64,000 nucleotides of DNA from a virus: positions 21,450 to 85,449 of IMG/VR virus record IMGVR_UViG_3300043395_003277, one strand, 5' to 3'. A model generated the notes under the pieces. The model saw nothing but the letters and a program-made list of their open reading frames with translations. It was not told where the DNA came from and ran no database searches. This document shows positions 29,790 through 39,191 of this stretch, piece by piece; position 1 is the first letter of the stretch; each line of letters starts with the position of its first letter. A program made the position numbers and the translations under genes.

Positions 29790-30122
29790 TCACCGGAATT
29801 TTACTTCAACTTTTGGTAATGCGTTAGAAATAAAACTCCAAGACCATTGAATTCCTGTTACAATTCCGCAAGAGAGTAAAAGGACTAACAGTAATTCTGC
29901 AACCGTCAGGTTTCTCCGCACATAAACAACTTGTGGAGGCTGGATTGCAGGGGGAGCAAAAGCGGCTGTCTGTTGCGCCAGGGCTTGTTGCATCGCAATC
30001 TCCTTTGCCCTTGCCTTTAGTTCTGCCAGTTGCTCAGGAGTGATCTGATTCACCGGATACGGCGCAACCGGCTGACTGGGCGGCACTTGTTGTTCTTCCA
30101 TGTTCTTGAACTGTTTTCTCAC
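29790..30122 (-). CDS. Membrane protein
   Basis: Pro/Gln-rich N-terminus, C-terminal TM helix. Confidence 0.55.
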   Translation of the reverse strand: MRKQFKNMEEQQVPPSQPVAPYPVNQITPEQLAELKARAKEIAMQQALAQQTAAFAPPAIQPPQVVYVRRNLTVAELLLVLLLSCGIVTGIQWSWSFISNALPKVEVKFR

Positions 30123-30150
30123 ACATTAGCACTTCGAAAACGTTGTTGGC

Positions 30151-30576
30151 ATGCAGTACGGAATTCGAAAAGGATTTGAAGATGTTGCCTATGAACTAAA
30201 GGGCATTAAAAATGTCCTTTCGTCTCTATGGCATAGCCGGTACGCCGATGGCGAAACGGATGCACTCAACCCCGAGGCATATGCTGATGAATACATCTCC
30301 ACGGAAGAATGTGGTCGGCGCCTGGGGGTATCAGATCAAACCATCCGAAACTGGATTGCAATTGGACGAAAAGCTCCGGAAAAAGGCTGGGTTGAAGGCA
30401 TTCATTATGTCAACATCTCACCTGATCACAAACGTAAGGCTTTGATTCGCATTCCTTGGACCGCATTGATTCAGTCGTTTGCCAAAAACCGTGAGATTGA
30501 ATTTAAAGATATGTCAGGAAAAGAAAACATAAATACCGAGCTTTACCAAACAAGGACATTTGGGCGGCTGGAGTGA
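30151..30576 (+). CDS. HTH DNA-binding protein
   Basis: YISTEECGRRLGVSDQTIRNWI...EGIHY. Confidence 0.75.
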   Translation: MQYGIRKGFEDVAYELKGIKNVLSSLWHSRYADGETDALNPEAYADEYISTEECGRRLGVSDQTIRNWIAIGRKAPEKGWVEGIHYVNISPDHKRKALIRIPWTALIQSFAKNREIEFKDMSGKENINTELYQTRTFGRLE

Positions 30577-31034
30577 TGGCACATCGCTTTCAAGGTATTG
30601 ATATTTCGCAAGTTACTATTGATAACCATTGTGATTTGCTGCCAAAATCACTGGTCAATCAAGTAGAAACCTTTCTTCCTCCAGGGGGTTCATTTGATGA
30701 CGGCTGCTTGCAGCGGTATCTAGAGAACCTAAAAGCTTTTGAGGAAGAAGACGAGAATTCCGGTATGACGTTGGCAAATCGTTTACGACTGGCCTTCAAG
30801 GACATGCAACCAGATACAATCTGCGGGAAATTTCCGCAAGCTGAGCTGCCTTTAAAGCGTAGGTTGCGTTGCGTAGCTGAGTATTTGATCAGATCTGGCG
30901 AATTTAATAAGATGAGAGATGATCAAGGCAAGCTTTTAAAAAAACGTGGGGCACTTGGCAAGCTTGTTGTCATGTACCAGCCAACGTTTAAACTACTTGA
31001 AGCATTACAAAAACAAGGATTAGTTGAACGATGA
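30573..31034 (+). CDS. Hypothetical protein
   Basis: Coupled ORF within a + operon. Confidence 0.55.
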   Translation: MMAHRFQGIDISQVTIDNHCDLLPKSLVNQVETFLPPGGSFDDGCLQRYLENLKAFEEEDENSGMTLANRLRLAFKDMQPDTICGKFPQAELPLKRRLRCVAEYLIRSGEFNKMRDDQGKLLKKRGALGKLVVMYQPTFKLLEALQKQGLVER

Positions 31035-31420
31035 GCAGGCGCGAAAAATTGATTGCATCCATCATTGGTCCCAAGATGGATAAAACAAAAGCAAAGATGC
31101 TTGATGCCACAGTCAAGCTTGTGCTTGGCGACATGGGCCAGCAATACTGTAGATTCTGGGAGGCTGAGGGTCCAGGCGTCATGGTGTTTCAGCCTGAAGC
31201 TGGGGAACGCTCCATGTTTTTCCTAACACTCAAAGAATTGCATGCTGCGCAAGAACAGTGCGAAAGAAATAATGACGGTGATATGGCAGAAAGCTTTAGG
31301 CGTATTTTGGGCGCAGCCCAAAAGATTGATCCAGAGGAAAAAGCTGGATATGTTATTAACGATTCTGACGGCATCCGTTATTTTGAGGTTGACTATAACA
31401 AGGTAGATGACAGTATTTAG
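31031..31420 (+). CDS. Hypothetical protein
   Basis: ATGA-coupled ORF. Confidence 0.55.
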   Translation: MSRREKLIASIIGPKMDKTKAKMLDATVKLVLGDMGQQYCRFWEAEGPGVMVFQPEAGERSMFFLTLKELHAAQEQCERNNDGDMAESFRRILGAAQKIDPEEKAGYVINDSDGIRYFEVDYNKVDDSI

Positions 31421-31994
31421 CCCTGGACTTCGCAAAGAAGATTCCGAATTAATCACAAGCCAAGATCTTGTGACATCTGCCCATGCCCTGCTGGAAGGTA
31501 TTGATTTGGATGTTGCCAGCTCTACTCTTGCCAATCAATACGTTGATGCAAAACATTTCTATACACCATTGGATGATGGCTTAAACAGCCAACAGTGGTA
31601 CGGTAAGGTTTATTTATTTCCTCCCAGCGGTTGTTATTTTTGGGAGGAAAAAAACCAACGCTGGAAGATGACCAGGGCTTCTTCCAAGACGCTTACCTCA
31701 TCGCACGCGGTGTGGTTTAGGAGAATGTACCGCGCGTGGATGGCCAATGAAATTGAGCAGGGTCTTTATTTTTCCAACTGTCCTGACATGATTCGTTATG
31801 AACAAAAAATTTTTGACCTGCCCATGTGCATCCTTCGGACTGCTCCAATTTTGATGCGACGTGTCGAAAACCAAGTAAAAACACATAAAACCTGCACGTC
31901 TTTTTTGGTATACTTGCCGCCAACAAACAATACGGCAAACGCCATTGATCGATTTGTAGACATTTACTCAGCAAAGGGTCGTGTTCTTTGCTGA
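31407..31994 (+). CDS. Phage DNA N6-adenine methyltransferase-like protein, variant catalytic motif
   Basis: IDLDVASS..AN..V.A..FYT..DDGL..QW.GKVYLFPPS. Confidence 0.65.
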   Translation: MTVFSPGLRKEDSELITSQDLVTSAHALLEGIDLDVASSTLANQYVDAKHFYTPLDDGLNSQQWYGKVYLFPPSGCYFWEEKNQRWKMTRASSKTLTSSHAVWFRRMYRAWMANEIEQGLYFSNCPDMIRYEQKIFDLPMCILRTAPILMRRVENQVKTHKTCTSFLVYLPPTNNTANAIDRFVDIYSAKGRVLC

Positions 31995-32027
31995 TTTCTG
32001 TATACTGAAGGACGATTACAAGGGCTT

Positions 32028-32615
32028 ATGAGCGTCCTGGCAGATTGGGAAATTCGTCAACTGGCTGAACAGGAGCAGATGATTGCTCCATTCGTTGATC
32101 ATCTTGTCAACGAAGATCAGGGACGCAAGATGCTGAGCTACGGACTTAGCTCGTACGGTTACGACATCCGCCTTTCTCCTAAGCAATGCTTAATTTTTGG
32201 TCGCATTTCAGAGGGTGAGTGCGATCCCAAGGAATTTAAGCCTGAGATTCTTAAACCTGCTGATTTACTTTTCGATGAAAAAGGAGAATATTTTCTTCTG
32301 CCTCCTTATGGTTATTGTTTAGGCGTAGCCCAAGAACGTTTAAAGCTTCCGCGTGACGTAACTGTTGTTGCTGTTGGCAAATCAACTTATGCACGCTCTG
32401 GGATCTTGGTCAATATCACTCCAGCAGAGTCCGGCTGGGAAGGATATTTGACCCTGGAAATCAGTAATTGTACGGGGTTATTTAACCGCATTTACGCCAA
32501 TGAAGGCATTACACAATTACTGTTTTACCGTGGTAATCCTTGCGAAGTAACGTACCAAGATCGTAAGGGCAAGTACCAGGGCCAGCCTAATAGTGTGGTG
32601 TTTTCCCAGGTTTAA
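32028..32615 (+). CDS. dcd: dCTP deaminase
   Basis: SYGLSSYGYDIRL, GKSTYARSG, E.GWEGYLTLE, YQDRKGKYQGQ. Confidence 0.93.
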   Translation: MSVLADWEIRQLAEQEQMIAPFVDHLVNEDQGRKMLSYGLSSYGYDIRLSPKQCLIFGRISEGECDPKEFKPEILKPADLLFDEKGEYFLLPPYGYCLGVAQERLKLPRDVTVVAVGKSTYARSGILVNITPAESGWEGYLTLEISNCTGLFNRIYANEGITQLLFYRGNPCEVTYQDRKGKYQGQPNSVVFSQV

Positions 32616-32986
32616 ACGAACTGCTTACCAAACTGGGACTTAGGAGTACGGGCGTAACCGACACTGCCGGTGCGCCCACCTGAATCCCCTGTGGTTGGCA
32701 GCTCAACACCATTGATGTTGGCACCAGCGCGTGGAGTACGGCCACGAATCATGGGTTCAGCAATGCTGGCACGCTGCCTGTAGGCACCTGCTGTCCGTGC
32801 TGCACGCATAAAACGTCCTACACGCTCCTGGTTCTGGTTCAGTGAGGCAGCAGCGGGACGTTCTTCTGGTTCGACACGACGTAAATCAGTGTCATACGCC
32901 TGCTCTGGGCGCAAATCTGATATCTCAGCGCCGGAGGTACCAGCGTTGATACGTGGGTCGTAATTGGAACTATATATGTTTGCCAT
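32612..32986 (-). CDS. Hypothetical protein
   Basis: MANIYSSNYDPR...; preceded by CTACAAT. Confidence 0.55.
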   Translation of the reverse strand: MANIYSSNYDPRINAGTSGAEISDLRPEQAYDTDLRRVEPEERPAAASLNQNQERVGRFMRAARTAGAYRQRASIAEPMIRGRTPRAGANINGVELPTTGDSGGRTGSVGYARTPKSQFGKQFV

Positions 32987-33022
32987 CTTATTATTGTAGA
33001 AGCAATAAATCATGCGCTAACT

Positions 33023-33373
33023 GTGATGCATTCCGCTGCTGGATTTTTAGATAGCTTTGTACAAGACGAAATTGATTGTCGTTGTCTGACAGAAGAGGAC
33101 TTTGGTGCACCTCTTGATAACGCAGAAAATGACGTACCCTTGTACGATATGTATAACCGTGGGTTAGCTGCATGCGAACAAGGCTTGAATCGGAATCCGT
33201 TGCATCTAGAGGGGCAACGGCCCGGAATGACGGGTTACATTCCTTCGATGGAAGAAGCGCTGGAGAAGTACCCAGCTTCCTCGCCACGACCGAAGAGCTT
33301 AGTGCTGGAACTGGAGGGGCCATCGGAGAAGGAGAGACTTCTGTCGGCAAAACGTCGTGGTTTGCTCCAGTAG
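33023..33373 (+). CDS. Hypothetical protein
   Basis: 116-aa acidic ORF. Confidence 0.5.
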   Translation: MMHSAAGFLDSFVQDEIDCRCLTEEDFGAPLDNAENDVPLYDMYNRGLAACEQGLNRNPLHLEGQRPGMTGYIPSMEEALEKYPASSPRPKSLVLELEGPSEKERLLSAKRRGLLQ

Positions 33374-33678
33374 AAGCAGTGGATGAGATCCATGATTGCC
33401 CTGGAGGCGTCTGCCCTGTACCCTGGGCAGTGAAAGAGGAGCCTGTCATTTTGTCCCAGGACACGGTTAATCATCCATCGCATTACACCGATGGTGAAAT
33501 CGAGTGCATTGAAGCAATTGAAGCTTCTTTAACTGCAGACGAATATCGTGGTTACCTGAAAGGCAACATACAAAAGTATGTCTGGCGCGAACGCCTTAAA
33601 GGAGGTACTGAATCACTGCGCAAAGCACAGTGGTATATTGAGCGCCTAATTCGATTAGACGAAGCTCAAAAAGGCTGA
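33172..33678 (+). CDS. DUF3310 (SaV-like) protein; start uncertain
   Basis: VNHPSHYT.GEIECIEAI, GN..KY.WR..KGG.ESL.KA.WY. Confidence 0.8.
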   Translation: MRTRLESESVASRGATARNDGLHSFDGRSAGEVPSFLATTEELSAGTGGAIGEGETSVGKTSWFAPVEAVDEIHDCPGGVCPVPWAVKEEPVILSQDTVNHPSHYTDGEIECIEAIEASLTADEYRGYLKGNIQKYVWRERLKGGTESLRKAQWYIERLIRLDEAQKG

Positions 33679-33974
33679 AGGTCGTCTTCTTCATCATCGT
33701 ACTCGTCGTCGTCATAAACACATGCGGCGGCGAGTTCTGCTAGTTCAATATCTGTTGGAATATCAAATTCAATCGAAACGTTTTCGTCTTCCATCAAAGA
33801 CTTGAGTGCATACCACTCCATCAATCTTTGGTGATATAAATTAAGAAGAGCGTAATACAGCTCTTCCCACGTCATCTCCTTGGCGGCAAGCTCTGCTTTG
33901 CGCATGGAAAATTGCAGCTCCAAGGGAAGCTCAAATTCCTTGGGTTCAACTGAACGTTCCATTCCGCTCTGCAT
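33666..33974 (-). CDS. Hypothetical protein with acidic tail
   Basis: LPLELQFSMRK helix (loosely NblA-like), D/E-rich end. Confidence 0.5.
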   Translation of the reverse strand: MQSGMERSVEPKEFELPLELQFSMRKAELAAKEMTWEELYYALLNLYHQRLMEWYALKSLMEDENVSIEFDIPTDIELAELAAACVYDDDEYDDEEDDLQPF

Positions 33975-33998
33975 ATTCTCAATGCAATTATTCTAAGC

Positions 33999-34658
33999 CT
34001 AGCCGCCAAATACAAGATCTGTGTCTTCGTGGCTGTACTCGCACCAGATATTGTCATCAATCTGGAAGTCGTTAGCAAATTGCGACAGGATGTAAGGACT
34101 GATGTTTTCTTCCAGGCGCCTGATTGCACGCACCTCATGTGGCGCAGCAGTGTAATTCCTAAAAGCTTTCAAAAGGATTTCTGTTGACGACCAAGGATTG
34201 GCATCTATTTCTGTTAAAAATAAATTGATTTCTTCTCTGCGTCGATCCAGCAAACCTCCTACAACCTTGTGGTACACATCAAAGATCCAGTGCCCCATTT
34301 CCTCTGTTGCACTGCAGAAATCTTCCCTTTCAATTGCGTCAACAATACCGCTGTAAAGAAAAGGTTCCCATCCTACCGAATGGATAAATGAAATCAAGGC
34401 CTGGCGCATGTGATCATCCAGTCCAAGATTAAGCTTTAACAGTTGAGTGTCGATTACACCCACCTCGTGGAAGAGGTATTCCAGGGCTTTTTCTCGACTA
34501 CAACGTTGCCCTTGTTTGACTGGTGAGCCATCTGGGTAATATTGGGTGCCGAAACCAATAGTGTAGGGTTCGACACCCGTGGCGGGATCTGCGTACGCCT
34601 TTTCGCTAAACCCTTCGTATTTACGAATTAGGTTAATGGCATGCGTAAAATCCGCCAT
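33999..34658 (-). CDS. GH24 lysozyme
   Basis: LIRKYEGF..AY.DP....TIGFGT; ALISF; GLLDRRREE. Confidence 0.88.
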   Translation of the reverse strand: MADFTHAINLIRKYEGFSEKAYADPATGVEPYTIGFGTQYYPDGSPVKQGQRCSREKALEYLFHEVGVIDTQLLKLNLGLDDHMRQALISFIHSVGWEPFLYSGIVDAIEREDFCSATEEMGHWIFDVYHKVVGGLLDRRREEINLFLTEIDANPWSSTEILLKAFRNYTAAPHEVRAIRRLEENISPYILSQFANDFQIDDNIWCEYSHEDTDLVFGG

Positions 34659-34753
34659 GGTAATAATAAATAGTTATCACCAATATACACAATTTTAAAA
34701 GCGACGGCCGCATTGCGATGCTACCCTGGCATTGACATGTCAATAAGCTTACA

Positions 34754-35305
34754 ATGAAAGTCAAATCACTTCCGTCTTTTGAGGTATTATCGGAACATTT
34801 TGAACTTGCTGGTAACGATGTTGTATGGAAAAAGAACTATTTTAAAGCACGTGTCGGGAAGCGTGCAGGGTACAAACGGTCCGATGGATATGTTGAAATT
34901 AAATTTCAACATCAAAAAATGCTAGCCCATCGAGTTGCGTATGTTTTACATAACAAAAAAGATCCTGGCGACTTTTTTATTGACCATATAGACAACAATC
35001 CGTCAAACAACAATCCAGATAATTTAAGGATTGCAACGCACTGTCAAAATCTTGTTAATTCAAGAAGACTAAGACGCAATAATACATCGGGCAAGCACGG
35101 TGTCAATAAAGCTATTGTTAATGGAATTGAATATTGGAAAGCGACAATCAGCATTGAAAACAAAAACTATTTTATTGGAGCATATGCAACAAAAGAGGCG
35201 GCAATTGCCGCCCGTGAAGTTGCCGAAAAATTCGCTTATGGAGAATTTTCACCACTAACGGCCTTGCCCGCGCCACGGCTTTTTCCCCTTGCGCCTGGGT
35301 CTTGA
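34754..35305 (+). CDS. HNH-AP2 homing endonuclease
   Basis: AHRVAY, IDHIDNNPSNN.PDNLR, NTSGKHGV..WKATI...IGAY.TKEAA. Confidence 0.9.
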   Translation: MKVKSLPSFEVLSEHFELAGNDVVWKKNYFKARVGKRAGYKRSDGYVEIKFQHQKMLAHRVAYVLHNKKDPGDFFIDHIDNNPSNNNPDNLRIATHCQNLVNSRRLRRNNTSGKHGVNKAIVNGIEYWKATISIENKNYFIGAYATKEAAIAAREVAEKFAYGEFSPLTALPAPRLFPLAPGS

Positions 35306-35380
35306 ATTTGCTCCTTGTCCAATTGATGTTGTCTTGGGCTTGCCTTCGACATGAGCAGTGTTGGATTTGGGTTTTGCCAT
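35255..35380 (-). CDS. Small basic peptide, 41 aa (not in ORF track)
   Basis: KPKTTSIGQGANSRP..K.WRGQGR. Confidence 0.6.
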   Translation of the reverse strand: MAKPKSNTAHVEGKPKTTSIGQGANSRPRRKGKKPWRGQGR

Positions 35381-35385
35381 AAAAG

Positions 35386-35673
35386 TTACCAGTTGTAATT
35401 ACAGGCCCACCACCCAGGAGTCAGTTTGTTTTTCTTCTCCGAGCAGTTGTGCCTGGCCTTGAAGTTAGCACGTCTATCCTCGTCTTGATGCTGAAGATAA
35501 TCTTGATATCCCCTGGCACCAAAACGTACTATTGCTTCCTTGCCATCTTGACAAGCCTTGACAACATACTTGTGCTTATCCCCCTTTGGAGCACGCTGCG
35601 GCTTATTACATTCCATCTTATCCTTCTGATATCTCTTAGCAGCTTTAGCTGCTTTTTTCCTTTGTTCAGACAT
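35386..35673 (-). CDS. Small basic hypothetical protein
   Basis: KYVV..IVRFGARGY.D...RRANFKARHNC..PGWW. Confidence 0.65.
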   Translation of the reverse strand: MSEQRKKAAKAAKRYQKDKMECNKPQRAPKGDKHKYVVKACQDGKEAIVRFGARGYQDYLQHQDEDRRANFKARHNCSEKKNKLTPGWWACNYNW

Positions 35674-38495
35674 TAACTAAATCCTTTAAATAAAGATGTG
35701 AATTCGCCAAGGATTTTCTTTCCTGTAGTGGATTTGTAGTCCTCGTCTGTTTTATCTTCTTCAAATAGTTTAAAATAGCTAGGCGCACTTTCTTCCTCTT
35801 CTGTTGGTGCGGCTTCTTGATCAGAGAATAAATTCTCAACAGATGCCAGACTTTCAAAGGGATCTTTACTAGTAAGACCAGCGTAGCTGCCACCAAGGGT
35901 CAGCCCGCCCGGCTTGGTGCCTTGCGTCACAAGTTCCATTTCACCTCGATCAATATCCGTCATAAAACTTCCGTAAAATTCATCTTCCGATCCTTGATAA
36001 CCAGCATTTTTAAAGATCTGGTAAAGTTGCGTTTCTTCTCCTGTTCCTGTTGTAATAGGTTTTGCATCTTCTGGGCGTTCAATATATTCAACACCTAAAC
36101 GTTCTTGTGTTGGCGTTAACCGTTTTTCGTTTAAGTATTGTATGGATTGACGAATCTGCTGAGCAGCATTCGTGCGGAAAGAATTAATAATATAATTTCG
36201 TACTTCATCGACGCCAGCGTCAGTACCAGAGAGTCCTTGAGATTCAAGCAATTTATCCCACTCAGCTTTGTCTGTTGTTGGATCAATCCCTTGCAGCATG
36301 GTATCTGCAAAGGTTTCTGGGGTAATGAAATTCATAAATGTCATGTCCCCCAGATCATTCTTCTCTGTTGCAATAGCAGGTATTAAGTTGTTGTCAATAT
36401 AGTCATTTGCATCTTTAAACGTCAGAACATCTTCTGCAGCATCGAAACCATAAGTGGTACCGCCAAGCACCTCGTAGTGTAGTTTTGCAAACTGCTGGGG
36501 GTCGTTAATATCCAATCCGTAATAATATGACCAATAAGCCCAGGTTTTTCCTGTGTCACCTACCAAGGAATTTGGATCGCTTTTGGCTGCTGCATAATCA
36601 GCGGCAATAGTTTCCTTTTGAGTTTGATATTTAGCAATCTTTGGATCATCCGGAGTGAAATTGCCAGTTGGATTAAGATAAAACTCTGGATCAAAAGCTT
36701 TGGCACTTGTGCTGTAAATCTGATTTAGATAACTGCGTGCCCTCAAATCTGCAATATCTTTCAATGCATCAAGTGCGCTTTGTGTTTGGAAAATATTCTG
36801 CTCTGCTTTTTCAACATCCATATAACTGGCAAACTCTGACATTGATTTTGAACTATCAAAGCGTGGTACCAAGTAATCCTTAATGTATTTTTCCGCAAAT
36901 TTAGCATCAAGAGTATATGTTTTTGTGGGATCTTCAATGTCCTGAAATGTTGCTCCTTCTTTATAACGTTGCGTGAGCTGCTCGTCAAACCATTTCTGCC
37001 AGTTGTAGACCGCTGTACTCCTAGAGGGCACTCCGGTAACTTTCTCTAGTGCGGATTTAAATTTATCTGCAGCACCTTCTTGTCCTCCCATCCAGCCCAT
37101 CATGCCACCGGCGCTAAAATCGCCCATGATGGAATTAGTTAAATCACTGCTAAGCGAAAAAACTTCCTTAAAACCTTCTAACTGAGAGTACGTTTCAAAT
37201 TGTTGTTCTTCTTGTTTTGCATTTTGCAATGCTTTAAGAGATTCCCGAAGCGTATCTAGGGTCATTGCCCCAAACATTCGTTCTTTTTCTCTTTCTGCTT
37301 CGCTGGCAAGCTGTGAAACCTTCTCGCCAAGAATGGCGCCTTCGCCTACGCCTAAAACTCTATCTCGATAAAGCTGATAATCAGCATCTGTCAGGTACTC
37401 TGTGTATTTTTGAACAAGTGCTGCGTTCTGTTCTTGATTGCCACGTGCCCCTTGGTCTTTACCAATGGTGGTGTAGTGGTAATGAGAATAAAGATTCCTA
37501 TCAAAACGACCAAGGATATCAAGATCGTCTGTTTCAACAGCATTGTTAAAACGCTGATCAGCTTGACTTCCTAAAGCGCCTGTCTGCGTGCGGTAATAAA
37601 GCGAGTCAAAGGGGCCAATCGGTGGTTGAGCACCTTCTGAGTCGTCCCAGGGCTGGAGGCGGTCTTTTAAATAGTATCCTTTGTAAGAACTTTTAGCTGC
37701 GTCAATAAAATAATCTTTTTCTTCTTCTGTTATATAACCACTATCGACGGCATCTTCTAGTTCTTGTCGTGGAAGTCCATCGCGATTACTTAAATACTTG
37801 GGATCTTCCGGTGTTCCTGTTGCCGTCTTCTGATAATAATCTGCAACCTTATTACTCCAATCATTTAATATTGAGTTTCTTGTATTTGTCCATTGATTAT
37901 CTTTGTTATCAGCAACATATTGCTCCCTAAGTGCATCTTGCTCTTTGTTATATTCAACAGAAAGTTCTTCGCGTAAGCGATCTTGTTCTTGATTGTATTG
38001 AACAGCACGTTGCTCTCTAAGGGCATCTTGCTGTTGGTTATAAGCAGTTACCTCTGCTTGAGCAGTTGTATTGTTTGTATTTAACTCAGTAATTTTTGTC
38101 CTAAGGCTGTCTTTTTGTTGTGTAGACAGTGAATCTAGGAAACCGCTATTAAATTGTTCAGATAGTTTTTTGTCGTAAGTTAATGCTTTTTCGTTCCAGC
38201 CGGATCCAGTGGGTTGCGTCCAGCTGATCTTTTTGCTTCCGTCTGCTAACGTTTTAACCCAAAACGTTGTGGTTGTTGGGTACTGTGTTGCGTAATCTGC
38301 TTGTGTTTTATATGGAAATTGATCTACAAAATCAACAGCAGTTGAATAAGGTAGTTGATCAATAAAGTCTTGAGCTGTTTTGTAAGGATAAATAACCTCT
38401 GGCTTTATAGTGCTATAAAATTCTGTATGATGCACCCCGTAATCAGTTGGCAGCGCAAAAGATTGCCAACCTGTTTTTTCATTCCATACAGCCAT
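35673..38495 (-). CDS. Large putative internal virion protein
   Basis: 940 aa, acidic, with short N-terminal repeats (PYKT..DF.DQ; YN.EQD.LRE). Confidence 0.55.
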   Translation of the reverse strand: MAVWNEKTGWQSFALPTDYGVHHTEFYSTIKPEVIYPYKTAQDFIDQLPYSTAVDFVDQFPYKTQADYATQYPTTTTFWVKTLADGSKKISWTQPTGSGWNEKALTYDKKLSEQFNSGFLDSLSTQQKDSLRTKITELNTNNTTAQAEVTAYNQQQDALREQRAVQYNQEQDRLREELSVEYNKEQDALREQYVADNKDNQWTNTRNSILNDWSNKVADYYQKTATGTPEDPKYLSNRDGLPRQELEDAVDSGYITEEEKDYFIDAAKSSYKGYYLKDRLQPWDDSEGAQPPIGPFDSLYYRTQTGALGSQADQRFNNAVETDDLDILGRFDRNLYSHYHYTTIGKDQGARGNQEQNAALVQKYTEYLTDADYQLYRDRVLGVGEGAILGEKVSQLASEAEREKERMFGAMTLDTLRESLKALQNAKQEEQQFETYSQLEGFKEVFSLSSDLTNSIMGDFSAGGMMGWMGGQEGAADKFKSALEKVTGVPSRSTAVYNWQKWFDEQLTQRYKEGATFQDIEDPTKTYTLDAKFAEKYIKDYLVPRFDSSKSMSEFASYMDVEKAEQNIFQTQSALDALKDIADLRARSYLNQIYSTSAKAFDPEFYLNPTGNFTPDDPKIAKYQTQKETIAADYAAAKSDPNSLVGDTGKTWAYWSYYYGLDINDPQQFAKLHYEVLGGTTYGFDAAEDVLTFKDANDYIDNNLIPAIATEKNDLGDMTFMNFITPETFADTMLQGIDPTTDKAEWDKLLESQGLSGTDAGVDEVRNYIINSFRTNAAQQIRQSIQYLNEKRLTPTQERLGVEYIERPEDAKPITTGTGEETQLYQIFKNAGYQGSEDEFYGSFMTDIDRGEMELVTQGTKPGGLTLGGSYAGLTSKDPFESLASVENLFSDQEAAPTEEEESAPSYFKLFEEDKTDEDYKSTTGKKILGEFTSLFKGFS

Positions 38496-38833
38496 TAAAA
38501 ATCACCAAAGATAAAAACAGATTTTTGATTAGTCCAGGCTTCAATCCTATCAAGGTTTTCAAGTGAAAAAAACTCTTGTTTCTGGAACCAGGTCTTCATG
38601 TCTTCCGATCCCTTGTTGGCATTGCAACGCCGACAGCAAGGAAGTAAATTATGGCGATTAGAAGATCCAGATTTAAACCGTGGGACAATATGATCCAAGC
38701 TTGTTGCTTTATCTAAGCAATATCCGCATTTATGATTCCAGGCTTCGTATATACTTTCGCGAAATTTCTTTTTTGCCAATTTAGGAGTTAATTCAACTAG
38801 CAGGGCGAGGGGCTCATGCTCGTTGCAGTACAT
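38495..38833 (-). CDS. HNH endonuclease
   Basis: CGYC..SLDHIVPR..G....NLLPCCRRCNANKG. Confidence 0.9.
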   Translation of the reverse strand: MYCNEHEPLALLVELTPKLAKKKFRESIYEAWNHKCGYCLDKATSLDHIVPRFKSGSSNRHNLLPCCRRCNANKGSEDMKTWFQKQEFFSLENLDRIEAWTNQKSVFIFGDF

Positions 38834-38948
38834 ACTCTTTGATTGCCGTTAATTTATTCTAATTTCCACACACGTATAAAGAACTGCTACTGACACATGA
38901 AGTTTAGATTAAGACTCTTGACGCAACACATGAGATGGGTATGCTGCG

Positions 38949-39191
38949 ATGGCAAGCGTTACACGCGCCATGTCACAGAGCACCGGATGGGTGTCCGTCC
39001 AAAAAGCAGAAGAGATGCTTGGGCTGGACCGCAAAACTCTCTTCAAGTACCGCGATGACGGCACCCTGAAGCTTGGTCCTCATTACGCAGCTTTTCCTGA
39101 GACCCGCTCCAGGGATGGTTACCGCTGGAACGTAAACGCAGTCAGGAAACAGCTGCGAAAGCTCGAGCGTGTTGCTGAGGTTGCTGCTTAG
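38949..39191 (+). CDS. Excisionase-like HTH protein
   Basis: WVSVQKAEEMLGLDRKTLFKYR..G.LKLGPHY..YRWNV. Confidence 0.7.
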   Translation: MASVTRAMSQSTGWVSVQKAEEMLGLDRKTLFKYRDDGTLKLGPHYAAFPETRSRDGYRWNVNAVRKQLRKLERVAEVAA

